Source: Candidatus Methanomethylophilaceae archaeon
GTDB lineage: Archaea; Thermoplasmatota; Thermoplasmata; Methanomassiliicoccales; Methanomethylophilaceae
Direction: 5' to 3'
NCBI GenBank assembly: GCA_944320495.1
Contig: CALUHR010000003.1
Span: 96,001 to 160,000 of the forward strand
DNA length: 64,000 nucleotides
Positions 1-10,472 of this stretch are shown piece by piece; within the stretch, counting starts at the first letter, position 1; each line of letters begins with the position of its first letter. The notes under the pieces are model-generated. The model did no database searches. It was not told where the DNA came from and was given only the letters and a program-made list of their open reading frames with translations. The position numbers and the translations under genes are program-made.

Positions 1-748
1 TGTCCCCCGATTCGAGCAGCGCGTCCGCCCTGCCCAGGGCGGAGTCCATCTCGTCGGCCTCGACCTGGGACGGTGTGGCAGCCAGCCTCTCCAAGCGCTC
101 CTCCAGCGGCTCGCGCTCGCCACCGTCGAGCTCGGAGAGCACCGCGTTCCAGCAGAGGATGCACTTGTCGTAGCCCATGTCCACGCCGTACTTGTACCAC
201 CTGGCTGCCTCGACGTCGTTGCTCCTGACCCCGTCGAGACCATACTCGCAGTACATCCCGATCTTCAGGAACATGTCGGCGCTCCCCGTGATGCCGGCAG
301 AGGAGAACCACACCTCCGCGTCGGAGGGGGACCTCTCGACGCCGATCCCGTACGAGTACATGTACCCGACCACGAACTTGGAGAGGGAGTGCCCTTGCTC
401 GGCGGCCTTGCGGTACCATGCGAATGCCTGGGCGGTGTCCTTCGGAAGGATGTCGCCGTGGGCGTACGCACCCCCGAGCTCCGCCTGGGCCAGGACGCTC
501 CCGAACTCCGCGGCAGTGACCAGATGCCTGACCATCTCGTCGTGGGTGCCGTCCACGACGCCCTCGGAGATCATCCTGTAGAGCTCCCAGTGGGCGCGGG
601 CGCAGCCGAGGCTGGCCGCCCTCTCGTACCAACGGACTGCGCGTCCGATGTCGGGATCCAGCTCCTTGCCGGTCTGATAGTAGTATGCGAGGGCGAGGCA
701 CGCGTACGGGTCGCCGCCCTCGGCGTCGCGGAAGAGGTTGTCCGTCAT
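1..748 (-). CDS. Sel1-like repeat protein (runs off window start)
   Basis: Own translation from ATG 748 (ATGA overlap with upstream stop): MTDNLFRDAEGGDPYACLALAYYYQTGKE...AVRWYERAA...AFAWYRKAAEQGH; open to base 1. Confidence 0.85.
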   Translation of the reverse strand, partial: MTDNLFRDAEGGDPYACLALAYYYQTGKELDPDIGRAVRWYERAASLGCARAHWELYRMISEGVVDGTHDEMVRHLVTAAEFGSVLAQAELGGAYAHGDILPKDTAQAFAWYRKAAEQGHSLSKFVVGYMYSYGIGVERSPSDAEVWFSSAGITGSADMFLKIGMYCEYGLDGVRSNDVEAARWYKYGVDMGYDKCILCWNAVLSELDGGEREPLEERLERLAATPSQVEADEMDSALGRADALLESGD

Positions 749-2211
749 CTCGACCTCTCTGACCTGATCCGCTCGAGCAGCTCGGCGGCGTCCGGGTCGC
801 CCTGGCGGGCGGCCAGGCCGAGCAGCTTCTTCGCACGGGGGATGTTCCTCTTGACGATCTCCCCCTCGTAGTAGATCTTGCCCAGGTAGTACTGGGCCTC
901 GTAGTATCCGGCGTCGGCGACCTCGTTGAGGATCTCCAGCCCGCCCTCGACATCCTTCTCCACGCCGGACCCGGTTATCTTCATCATGGCGAACATGGAC
1001 TTGGCGCCGGGGTGACTCTGGTCGGCCGCCTGATCCAGCCACATCGCCGCCTTCTCCGGGTCGCGCTCGCATCCGCGGCCCTCGTAGTACATGCATCCGA
1101 GGCAGTACTGGGAGTTGGGCTCGCTGCCCTCCGCCGCGTTACTGAACCATTTGAAGGACTCCTCGTCGTCCCTCTCGAAGTAGTATCCGGAGCCGTACAT
1201 GCATCCGAGGGCGTACTGCGCGTATCCGTTGCACATGTTCGCCGCCTCGGTGAACCATTTCGCGGCCTTGGCGAGGTCCTTGGGCAGTACCTGCCCCTCG
1301 AATGACATGTTGGCGAGGTCCACCATGGCCTGCTGGTAACCGTTCTCGCAGGACTTCTCCAGCCAGTAGAGCGCCCTGGACGGGTCCCTCTGGACGCCCT
1401 GCCCGTAGGCGAGCATCATGCCCAGCTGGTACTGGGCCTCGTCATGGCCCTGCTCGGCGGCCTTCTCGAACATCTCGGCCGCCTTCTGGTCGCTGGTCCA
1501 CCTGGTCTTGGGTATCGAGTGGATGCAGCCCATGGCGAACTGGGCGTCCCTGTCGCCGGCAGCGGCGGCCTTCTCGTACCACTGGACCGCGGTCTTCAGG
1601 TCGGGGTCGGCATCGCCGGTTCCCTCGTCGTACATCTGACCGAGACGGTACATGGCGTTGGCGTCGCCGTTGTCGGCGGCCGCCTTCAGCCATCTCACGG
1701 CCAGCTGGGGGTTCTTCGGGATCCCCTTCCCCTTGAGATGCATGAACCCGATGACGCGCTGCGCCACCGGGTCGTCGTTCTCGGCGCAGACGGTGTAGAA
1801 CCTGACGGCCTCCGCATGGCTCTTCCTGACGCATTCGGAGCCGTTGTCGTACAGCTCGAAGAGCCTCGCGCAGGCGGCGGTGTCCCTCTCCTCGCCCCTG
1901 AGCCTGAGTGCCATAATCCTCCTCTGGACGTCGGGCTCGTTGCGCTTCAGCTCGGCGGAGACGATCGACGCGGGCATGTGGCCCTCGGCCTCCGCCAGGG
2001 AGAACATCTCGGCCGCCGTGGCGGGGTCCGCGATGGCTCCGCCCTCGCCGAGGTAGAGGAATAGGCCGTGGAGGTAGCGGGCGTCCGGGTTGCCCTCCGA
2101 CGCACCCTGCTCCGCCAGGGCCTCGGCCCTCTTGGGATCGAAATCCGGGGATGCGCAGTCCATGTACCTGCGGGAGGGTTCGTACAGCCACTCGCTTCCA
2201 TTCTGCTCCAT
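745..2211 (-). CDS. Sel1-like repeat protein
   Basis: Many A.YxLG.xY..G.G....AxxW+.KAA repeats; TATA-like CTTTATAA (2242-2235) lies 24-31 nt upstream of ATG 2211, fitting a leaderless start at MEQNGSEW. Confidence 0.88.
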   Translation of the reverse strand: MEQNGSEWLYEPSRRYMDCASPDFDPKRAEALAEQGASEGNPDARYLHGLFLYLGEGGAIADPATAAEMFSLAEAEGHMPASIVSAELKRNEPDVQRRIMALRLRGEERDTAACARLFELYDNGSECVRKSHAEAVRFYTVCAENDDPVAQRVIGFMHLKGKGIPKNPQLAVRWLKAAADNGDANAMYRLGQMYDEGTGDADPDLKTAVQWYEKAAAAGDRDAQFAMGCIHSIPKTRWTSDQKAAEMFEKAAEQGHDEAQYQLGMMLAYGQGVQRDPSRALYWLEKSCENGYQQAMVDLANMSFEGQVLPKDLAKAAKWFTEAANMCNGYAQYALGCMYGSGYYFERDDEESFKWFSNAAEGSEPNSQYCLGCMYYEGRGCERDPEKAAMWLDQAADQSHPGAKSMFAMMKITGSGVEKDVEGGLEILNEVADAGYYEAQYYLGKIYYEGEIVKRNIPRAKKLLGLAARQGDPDAAELLERIRSERSR

Positions 2212-2253
2212 AAACGCCCCCATGCGCGCGCCCCTTATAAAGGCAGTCCGGCC

Positions 2254-2814
2254 TCGGATCAGGTCCAGGAAGTACCTGTGGACCGTGGCGTCCCCGGTGA
2301 GCTCCAGGTGGAACGCCGTGGCGATCTGCCTGCCGTTGCGCACCGCGACCGGGATCCCGTCGAGGGAGCACAGCGCCTCGGTGCCCTCCCCCAGAGAGAC
2401 GACCGAGGGGGCGCGGATGAACCTGAGGGGCACCTCTCCGAGACCGGCGAAGTCCGCACTGGAGCTGAAGCTCCCGAGCTGCCTCCCGTAAGCGTTGCGC
2501 CTCACCGTCATGGGCAGGGTGCCGAGGCAGGGCTCCCCTCCCTCGACCCGGGAGGCCAGCAGGATCATCCCCGCGCAGGTCCCCAGCACGGGCATGCCGC
2601 CGGAGACCGTCCCACGGATGCGGTCGGTCATGCCCATGTCCCCGAGGAGTTTTGCCATGACCGTGCTCTCGCCCCCCGGGATCACGAGGGCGTCCGGGTT
2701 CCTGTCGAGGTCGGAGGGCTTGCGGATCTCGAAGCATTCGGCACCCAGGTCCGAAAGCACCCTCTCGTGCTCTGCGAATGCCCCCTGGACGGCGAGAACG
2801 CCTATGCGGCTCAT
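2254..2814 (-). CDS. pdxT: PLP synthase glutaminase subunit PdxT (ends at CGA 2256-2254)
   Basis: [24 protein letters not shown] nucleophile, [12 protein letters not shown]; 186 aa then CGA; ATGA overlap with pdxS. Confidence 0.93.
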
Positions 2815-3707
2815 ATGCCGCGCTCCGCCATGCGGATTCCCTCGAGCCTCTCGATCTCGTCCTTGTTGATTCCCACCATGGCCTCGCCCAGACCAGCTGA
2901 TACCTCCGCCAGGATCTTCGGGTTGTCGTAGTTGGTGACCGCCTTCACTATGGCCGCGGCCCTCCTCTCCGGGTTCCCGGACTTGAAGATGCCAGAGCCG
3001 ACGAATACGCCCTCGGCGCCGAACTGCATCATGAGCGCCGCGTCCGCGGGCGTGGCGATGCCGCCGGCGGCGAAGTTGACGACGGGGAGCCTGCCCGTCT
3101 CGTGCACCTGGAACGCCAGGTCCAGCGGGACCTGCAGGGACTTGGCGTACTCGTAGACCTCGTCGTCCGCCAGCGCCCTCAGCTCCCTGATCTGCCTGTT
3201 CATGGTGCGCATGTGCGAGACCGCCTGGATCACGTCGCCGGTGCCGGGCTCGCCCTTGGTCCTGATCATGGATGCGCCCTCGCCTATGCGCCTGAGGGCC
3301 TCTCCGAGATCCCTGGCCCCGCATACGAAGGGCACGTCGAACCTGCGCTTGTCTATGTGGTGGACATCGTCCGCCGGGGAGAGCACCTCGCTCTCGTCGA
3401 TGTAGTCGATCTCGATCGCCTGGAGGATCTGGGCCTCCGCGAAGTGACCTATCCTGCACTTAGCCATCACGGGGATGGAAACCGCGTCCTGGATCCCCCT
3501 TATCATCTGCGGGTCGGACATCCTCGACACGCCGCCAGCGGCGCGTATGTCCGCCGGGATCCTCTCCAATGCCATGACCGCACACGCCCCAGCCTCCTCG
3601 GCTATGCGGGCCTGCTCCGGGGTGGTGACGTCCATGATAACCCCTCCCTTGAGCATCTGCGCGAGTTCCTTGTTCAGCTGATAGCGGTCCTTCCCTTCCT
3701 CAGACAT
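2811..3707 (-). CDS. pdxS: PLP synthase lyase subunit PdxS
   Basis: [63 protein letters not shown]. Confidence 0.97.
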   Translation of the reverse strand: MSEEGKDRYQLNKELAQMLKGGVIMDVTTPEQARIAEEAGACAVMALERIPADIRAAGGVSRMSDPQMIRGIQDAVSIPVMAKCRIGHFAEAQILQAIEIDYIDESEVLSPADDVHHIDKRRFDVPFVCGARDLGEALRRIGEGASMIRTKGEPGTGDVIQAVSHMRTMNRQIRELRALADDEVYEYAKSLQVPLDLAFQVHETGRLPVVNFAAGGIATPADAALMMQFGAEGVFVGSGIFKSGNPERRAAAIVKAVTNYDNPKILAEVSAGLGEAMVGINKDEIERLEGIRMAERGI

Positions 3708-3889
3708 CGTTGCGTCTCCTGTCCGGATAGACCCCGATGCCTATAATGGCGAACTATTTACACTTTTGTCTATTTTACATCAGCCATATACATTTATAAT
3801 CACCCTCATCTCTGCCGATTCTTTATCGACGGAACGCATCCTGATCCGCACGGGAACGGCATTCGCCGGCCCCGACTGGAGTGTTCAGA

Positions 3890-4324
3890 ATGGCGGATGA
3901 CGACATCAACGACAGGGCGTACGAAACGCTGAGGGAGACCTTCGGATCGAAGGGATGGGAATACGAAACGGTCCCGGAGAACCGCGGGATCATGTCGTCC
4001 TTCCAGGGGAACGACCTAGTGATAGGCTTCCACGCGTTCGTGAGCGACGGGATGATCCGCATGGCGGCGATCCTTTCCTTCAAGGTCCCCGCCGAGAGGA
4101 TGCGCGACTTCGTCTGGGGCCTGAACGCCATCAACTCCGACCTCCCCTTCGGGAGCTTCGCCATGAATCCCGCCGACGGATACGTGACGTTCGACTACGC
4201 CCTCGTGTACAGGCGCTCCGTCCCCCCGGCCGATCTCATGGCCGATGTGGTGGTCACTATGATCAACACGGCCGACAGGTTCGACGGCAGCCTCAAGGGG
4301 CTATCCGAGGGACGGAACGAGCGA
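3890..4324 (+). CDS. YbjN-like domain protein (ends at CGA 4322-4324)
   Basis: 144-aa ORF with LNAINSDLPFGSFAMNPADGYVTFDY; CGA sits 3 nt before the stop of the convergent MFS gene. Confidence 0.7.
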
Positions 4325-4327
4325 TCG

Positions 4328-5650
4328 TCAGCGCGACGACCCCGCCTCTCTCACGGCCTCCACCCCGAACAGGCCGTCCCCGGGACCCTTCTCCCTGGAC
4401 ACGAGCAGGAGGACCACCGCGAGGACCGAGGTGGCGGTCATCAGACCCCAGACGAGGGAGAAGTTCTCCAGCGTGTACGAGGTCCCGATTATCCACCCGG
4501 ACACCGTGGTGAACACGCTGGCGCCGAGGAACAGGAACACGTTCGCCGCGGACACGGAGGTCCCGGCCACCGCTATTGGGTACCACTCCTTAATCTGCGA
4601 GAACGAGAGGGTCATGAACCCGCCGAAGAACCCGAACAGGAAGCTCGTCAGGAACCAGAACCAGTAGCTGTCGATGCTCCCGGCGAACACGAAGATGACC
4701 GCCCACACGACGACGAATGCGGAGGTCCCCCAGACCATGGCGGCCCTCTTCGAGGTGATGATGCCGCGTGATGTCAGCGCACCGACCGCGACGGTCGTCA
4801 TTATCTTCCCGATACCGAGCGCGGTGACCATCCACGCCGAGGACAGGGCGAAGGCGTAGACGGAATCGAAGTAGGTCACGGCCCAGGTCCCCTGGAACAC
4901 CATGATCGAACCGTAGACGAGGAAGTACGCCAGCGCGCACGGCCAGAACCTCCTGCCTCCGGACATGACGATGTGAAGCCCGGTGAGGATCGGCACCCTT
5001 GCGGCCGACGGGTCGTCGGATCCCAGGCCCTCGGTCTCCTCCACCGACGGGAGGCCCCTGTGGCTGGGGTGGTCGCGTATCACGAACGCGCATGCCGCCG
5101 CGAGGACGAGGGTGATCACACCCAGGACGAGGAACACCTCCCTCCACCCGAGCGCGTCTGCCAGCATGCTAAGGGGTCCAGACGCCGCTATCGCGCCGAC
5201 GTTGCCGACGGCGATGACTATGCCGCTGAGAACCGCGAAGTCCGACTTGGGGAACCACACGGAGATGAGCTTCATGAGCGGGACGTAGACCACCGCCATA
5301 CCGGCGGCGATCATCATCTTGCCGAGCACCATCATCCAGAACTCGTCGCCCGCGAAAGTCAGCAGCGAACCGGCTGACGCCAGCAGCAGGAACGCGGTGG
5401 AGGACATCCTCGGGCCGAACCTGTCTGTCAGCAGCCCGCAGGGAATCTGCATCGCCGTGTATGTCCAGAAGTAGACGCTGCTGAGGATGCCGATGGTCCC
5501 TCCGACCTCCTCCACCATCTCCTGCCCGACAACGCTGACGGACATCCTGTGGAAGTAGACGAAGAAGTAGCCTATGGCCAGTACGGTGAATATCGCCCAT
5601 CTGTGCCTCCACAGCCTGCGGAGGATGGGATCGGTGGTCTCGCCGGTCAC
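4328..5650 (-). CDS. MFS transporter
   Basis: About 12 hydrophobic segments; motif-A-like GLLTDRFGPR. Confidence 0.9.
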   Translation of the reverse strand: MTGETTDPILRRLWRHRWAIFTVLAIGYFFVYFHRMSVSVVGQEMVEEVGGTIGILSSVYFWTYTAMQIPCGLLTDRFGPRMSSTAFLLLASAGSLLTFAGDEFWMMVLGKMMIAAGMAVVYVPLMKLISVWFPKSDFAVLSGIVIAVGNVGAIAASGPLSMLADALGWREVFLVLGVITLVLAAACAFVIRDHPSHRGLPSVEETEGLGSDDPSAARVPILTGLHIVMSGGRRFWPCALAYFLVYGSIMVFQGTWAVTYFDSVYAFALSSAWMVTALGIGKIMTTVAVGALTSRGIITSKRAAMVWGTSAFVVVWAVIFVFAGSIDSYWFWFLTSFLFGFFGGFMTLSFSQIKEWYPIAVAGTSVSAANVFLFLGASVFTTVSGWIIGTSYTLENFSLVWGLMTATSVLAVVLLLVSREKGPGDGLFGVEAVREAGSSR

Positions 5651-5714
5651 GCCACCCCGTGCCGGTCATCGTATAAAACCATACCCCGGGGGACACCCCG
5701 TGATCCTATGCCGG

Positions 5715-7121
5715 TTATCCCTTCCCGGGGACGTCCCTGCGCCTGCGGTCCCTCACGAGGACGGCGGCGATCAATCCGATCGCGGCGAGCAGCACACCGC
5801 CCCATAGCATGGCGAATCCCATCCCGTCCATGAACGCCTCCGGGGTGAGGTTCTCGATCGAGACCCCGGCGGAACCGCTACCGATAGTCAGCAGCGATGC
5901 GAACAGCGCCGTCCCGACGGTCCCGCCCATATAGTTCATGAAGTTCATCATGGAGGATCCGATGGCCTTGGACCCCTCCGGTATGTTGTCCACCACGCGT
6001 CCGGTGCACGCCGACCCGCTGAATCCCCACACTATGCCCATCGTCAGGGATGCCACGACCAGCGGGAGGAGGCCCATCTCCGGCTCCATCAGGAAGAACA
6101 TGACGTTGTACACCAGCGTGAAGAAAGACGCGGCTATGGCGCAGGACCTGCGGCCCCTGTGGTCGGTGTAGTTGCCGACAGGGATGCTCATTATGATCAC
6201 GAGGACCGAGGGCAGCAGGAGGATGAACCCGCTCATGACGGAGCTGAGGCCCAGCTCTATGTCCATGTAGAACGGCAGCACATAGAGCACGCCCATGTAC
6301 ACCAGGTTCAGGAGCAGGTATGCGATCAGAGCCAGGTCCATGTCCCTGAGCCTGAACAGACTGAGGTCGAACAGCGGACGTGAGGCGTGGGTGCTCTCCC
6401 TGACGTATCCCACGAGGAACAGCACGGCCACGACACCGGCTATGGCGGCGATCCACATCTCGTCGGGGTCGGAGATCGACTCCACGGCGATGACCATCGC
6501 CGCGACTGTGACGAACAGCAGGAACGATCCGCGCACGTCCAGCGCCCCCTTGGAGACCTCCTCCCTCGGCAGGGAGGCCCTCCCCAGGAGTATGCATGCG
6601 ATGCCCAGCGGGATGTTGATCAGGAAGATCCAGTGCCACGAGAGGTACTGCACGAGCACACCTCCCAGCGCCGGACCCAGCGCGAAGCCTGTGGACGACG
6701 CGATCGCCATTATCCCGAGGGACCTGCCGAGATGCTCCCTCGGCAGGAGCTTCACGCAGATCATCGGGGCCACCGCCACGATCGCTGCCGCCCCCACGCC
6801 CTGGAATATCCTCGACACGACGAGGAGCGAGAGCGAGGTGGACATGGCGCAGAACACGGAGAACAGCGTGAACACGGCGAACCCCGTGATGAACACGACC
6901 CTTATCCTCCCGGCGTCGGCGATCCTGCCGAAGGGAATGATGAGGCCGGCCATCATCAGGGAGTATGCGATGGACACCCACGACACGGAGCTCGTGTCCG
7001 TGTGGAAGTCGGCCGCGATGGTCGGCAGGGCGACGTTCACTATGCTCGCATCGATGTTGTCCATGAGGACACCGAGAACCATCGTCAGAATCAGCAGACC
7101 CACGGTACCCTTCGCAGACAT
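5715..7121 (-). CDS. MFS drug:H+ antiporter (DHA2-like)
   Basis: MDNIDASIVNVALPTIA, GRIADAGRIR, SRIFQGVGAA, GPALGG, WIFLINIPLG. Confidence 0.9.
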   Translation of the reverse strand: MSAKGTVGLLILTMVLGVLMDNIDASIVNVALPTIAADFHTDTSSVSWVSIAYSLMMAGLIIPFGRIADAGRIRVVFITGFAVFTLFSVFCAMSTSLSLLVVSRIFQGVGAAAIVAVAPMICVKLLPREHLGRSLGIMAIASSTGFALGPALGGVLVQYLSWHWIFLINIPLGIACILLGRASLPREEVSKGALDVRGSFLLFVTVAAMVIAVESISDPDEMWIAAIAGVVAVLFLVGYVRESTHASRPLFDLSLFRLRDMDLALIAYLLLNLVYMGVLYVLPFYMDIELGLSSVMSGFILLLPSVLVIIMSIPVGNYTDHRGRRSCAIAASFFTLVYNVMFFLMEPEMGLLPLVVASLTMGIVWGFSGSACTGRVVDNIPEGSKAIGSSMMNFMNYMGGTVGTALFASLLTIGSGSAGVSIENLTPEAFMDGMGFAMLWGGVLLAAIGLIAAVLVRDRRRRDVPGKG

Positions 7122-7219
7122 GCCAGACTAATCTGGATGTCCTTTGAAAAACCCTTCTGGCCAGCGGTTTCGGGGGAGTCTGAGACTGTATTATAAATGA
7201 CAATGCGATTCCCACCCGC

Positions 7220-7903
7220 ATGGCAGGTGTGGACAGGAGCATGGACCCGATGGAATGGGCCAAATTCGTCATCCGCAACAGGGACGAGAGGAACTACGTC
7301 GAGGCCTACTCCATCTTCATCCGCGAGTCCAAGACGGACAATCCGGAGGCGGAGTACTGCCTCGGACTCATGTACGCCCGCGGACAGGGGATCTCCAAGG
7401 ATCACGCCGCCGCCCTCAACTGGTTCCTGAAGGCGTACGACCACGGATACACCCGCTCAGGCTACTTCATCGGCAGGATGTACCTGTCTGGCCTGGGGAC
7501 CGAGAAGGACGTCCAGAAGGCCATCAGATACCTGGAGTCCGTCTCGAAGGAGGACGCCCGGGCCATGTACGAGCTCGGCCTGATCCACTTCGAGGACCGC
7601 GACGTGCCCCGCGACCTCCACAAGTCCGCCGAATGGATGCTCAGGGCGGCCAACGCGGGCAACGCGGAGGCCCAGTTCGTCCTGGGACAGTTCTACAAGG
7701 CCGGTGCCGGATTCCAGAAGGACATCGACAAGGCGGTCCACTGGCTCACATCAGCGGCGCTGAACAGGCACAAGGGCGCCCAGATCCTCCTCGGTAACAT
7801 GTACCGCACAGGGGACGGCGTCAAGGTGGACCTGGACGAGTCCGACCGCTGGTACGACATGGCCGACGGCATCAGCAACGTCCAGCCAGACGAGAAGAGT
7901 CGA
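7220..7903 (+). CDS. Sel1-like repeat protein (ends at CGA 7901-7903)
   Basis: AEYCLGLMYARGQG, AQFVLGQFYKAGAG, AQILLGNMYRTGDG; standard-code stop only at 7957. Confidence 0.85.
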
Positions 7904-7983
7904 ACTGACACCACCGGCCCCCAGGACCGGCGATCAGACCGATTATTGAGAATGTAAGGCCGGGGTCTCCCCCGGCGTTTTGA

Positions 7984-9654
7984 TCACTTGAGTCCGACGA
8001 TCCTGCCGTCCTCGAGGAGGTCCATCCTCATGGCGGCGGGGACCTTCGGGAGACCGGGCATGAGGGTCAGGGTTCCGCAGACGGGGACGATGAACCCTGC
8101 TCCGGCGGAGAGTGTGACCTCCCTGACGCTGAGGGTCCATCCCCTCGGGGCCCCCTTGACCTTGGAGTCGTCCGTCAGGGACGCCTGGGTCTTGGCGATG
8201 CACACCGGGAGGTTCCCGTATCCGTCGGCCTCCATCTGGGCGATGGCCTTGTCGGCCTCCTTGGAATAGACCACGGATCCGGCGCCGTAGATGTTGGTGG
8301 CGACGGCCTCGATCTTGTCCTTGATCGGGGAGTCGGTCTGGTACAGGAAGTGGAAGTCGGGCTTCACGGTGTCCAGGACGTCGAGGACGGTGTTGGCCAG
8401 CTCGACGGCCCCCTCGCCTCCCTTGGAGAAGGCCTCGGAGAACGCGCACCTGACGCCGATCTCCCTGCAGTGGTCCATGATGATGTTCATCTGCTCGGGG
8501 GTGTCGTGCTGGAACCTGTTGACGGCCACGACGACGGGGACGCCGTAGGAGGACATGTTCTCGATGTGCTTGTCCAGGTTGCAGAGGCCGAACCTCAGGG
8601 CGTCGTCCGTCAGGGTGGACTCGTCCTCGAGCCTGGCGCCGCCGTGGGTCATGAGGGCGCGGATGGATGCGACGAGGACGACGCAGTCGGGCCTCATTCC
8701 GGACTCCCTGCAGACGATGTCCATGAACTTCTCCCCTCCGAGGTCGGAGGCGAAACCCGCCTCGGTGATGACATAGTCACCGAGGGAGAGCGCGGCCTTG
8801 GTGGCGATGACGCTGTTGGTGCCGTGGGCGATGTTGGCGAACGGGAAGCCGTGGACGAACACGGGCTGCCCCTCGAGGGTCTGGACGAGGTTGGGGTTGA
8901 TGGCGTCCTTGAGGAGTACCATCATGGCGCCGACGCATCCCAGATCCTTCACGGTGACGGGCTTGTTGTCGTAGGTGTATGCGACGACCATCCTCTCGAG
9001 CCTCCTGCGGAGGTCGGCCCTGTCGTTGGAGAGGGCGAGGATGGCGGAGATCTCGGAGGCGGATGTGATGAGGAAACCCGCCTCGTGGGGCACACCTCCG
9101 AGGATCCTGTCCCTTCCGAGCCCGGTGACGATGTTCCTCAGCTCGCGGGCGTTGATGTCCATGGCCTTCTTGAGGACGACGCGGGTGGGGTCGATGTTGT
9201 GGACGTTGTCCCTCACGAGCTCGTTGTCCACGATGGCGGACAGGAGGTTGTGCGCCGCGGTGACCGCGTGGATGTCACCGGTGAAGTGGAGATCGATGTC
9301 CCACATGGGGTAGACCTGGGAGTAGCCGCCTCCGGTGGCGCCTCCCTTGATTCCGAAGGTGGGTCCGATGGAGGGCTCCCTGAGGGCTCCGACGACCTTC
9401 TTCCCGAGTCTGCCAAGACCCTGGATGAGTCCGATGGTGGTGACGGTCTTCCCCTCGCCGGCGGGCGTGGGGGTGATGGCGGAGACCATCACGAGCTTAC
9501 CCTTCTTGTCGCCCATCTTGGCGAGCCTGTCGTAGGGGATCTTCGCGATGTACTTGCCGTAGGGCTCGATGTCATCCTCGGTGAGTCCTATGGTCGCTGC
9601 GACCTCCTTGATCGGCTTGACTTTCGCATTCTGGGCGATCTCGATGTCATCCAT
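7984..9654 (-). CDS. fhs: Formate--tetrahydrofolate ligase
   Basis: ITPTPAGEGKT, LREPSIGPTFGIKGGATGGG, DLHFTGDIHA, GFPFANIAHG, CIAKTQ, MPGLP. Confidence 0.97.
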   Translation of the reverse strand: MDDIEIAQNAKVKPIKEVAATIGLTEDDIEPYGKYIAKIPYDRLAKMGDKKGKLVMVSAITPTPAGEGKTVTTIGLIQGLGRLGKKVVGALREPSIGPTFGIKGGATGGGYSQVYPMWDIDLHFTGDIHAVTAAHNLLSAIVDNELVRDNVHNIDPTRVVLKKAMDINARELRNIVTGLGRDRILGGVPHEAGFLITSASEISAILALSNDRADLRRRLERMVVAYTYDNKPVTVKDLGCVGAMMVLLKDAINPNLVQTLEGQPVFVHGFPFANIAHGTNSVIATKAALSLGDYVITEAGFASDLGGEKFMDIVCRESGMRPDCVVLVASIRALMTHGGARLEDESTLTDDALRFGLCNLDKHIENMSSYGVPVVVAVNRFQHDTPEQMNIIMDHCREIGVRCAFSEAFSKGGEGAVELANTVLDVLDTVKPDFHFLYQTDSPIKDKIEAVATNIYGAGSVVYSKEADKAIAQMEADGYGNLPVCIAKTQASLTDDSKVKGAPRGWTLSVREVTLSAGAGFIVPVCGTLTLMPGLPKVPAAMRMDLLEDGRIVGLK

Positions 9655-9890
9655 GAGCAGATGTTACCAGTTCGCCCACTTAAAGGTTGACGCCGGTTAA
9701 AAATCCGGGACGCCGTAGGACGCCGCGGGATGCATGCCGTTCCCCGGGATCGTCCAGCATCCGACGGGTGCTCCCAGGTCTTTTAAAATAAGCGAAATTT
9801 GTTTAATCATACCATATATAATTTTAATCATTCCATTCATTTTTTTAGGAATTACTAACTATTAAATACATTTAGGATATCCGAACAGAC

Positions 9891-10196
9891 ATGAATCCAG
9901 CATCACCTTGTGTGACCGCCACTGCAGCGCCATGCAGCGAACAGAAGCTCGGGTGCTCCATGGGCGTCCCTGGTGTCCCGATTTCCATGATGAGGGTCGG
10001 GGAGGTCGGGACCGTCGTCAGCATCTCCGGCAAGGAGGACGTGAGGAGGTTCCTGAACGAGCTCGGGTTCACACCGGGCACGGAAGTCAGGGCCGTGAGC
10101 CAGGCCGGAGGCAACATCATCCTCGAGGTCAAGGACTCGAAGATTGCCATCGACCGCCACATGGCCAACAGGATTCTGTTCTGCCCCGCGAGATGA
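9891..10196 (+). CDS. feoA: FeoA family protein (start uncertain)
   Basis: RRFLNELGFTPGTEV...IILEVKDSKIAIDRHMANRI. Confidence 0.85.
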   Translation: MNPASPCVTATAAPCSEQKLGCSMGVPGVPISMMRVGEVGTVVSISGKEDVRRFLNELGFTPGTEVRAVSQAGGNIILEVKDSKIAIDRHMANRILFCPAR

Positions 10197-10200
10197 TAGC

Positions 10201-10422
10201 ATGAAGACACTGAGAGACGCCGATGTCGGCTCCACCGTCACCGTGGTGAGGCTGCACGGCGAGGGCGCTCTCAAGAGGCACATCATGGACATGGGCATCA
10301 CCAAAGGATGCCAGATCTATGTGCGCAAGGTCGCCCCGCTCGGGGATCCCGTGGAGATCACCGTGCGCGGCTACGAGCTGAGCCTCAGGAAGAGCGACGC
10401 GGAGAGCATCGAGATCGCCTGA
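10201..10422 (+). CDS. feoA: FeoA family protein
   Basis: KRHIMDMGITKG...APLGDPVEITVRGYELSLRK. Confidence 0.93.
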   Translation: MKTLRDADVGSTVTVVRLHGEGALKRHIMDMGITKGCQIYVRKVAPLGDPVEITVRGYELSLRKSDAESIEIA

Positions 10423-10472
10423 CGATCCTCTGGCCCCGTCCCCCATGCGCGGGCCGTTCTGGAGTGAGAACA

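Noticed and set aside
745-3459. 904-aa ORF suggesting a PdxT-Sel1 fusion protein
   Set aside because: The N-terminal part is an alternate frame of pdxS; the fusion depends on reading one CGA as Arg and passes through a TATA-like box.
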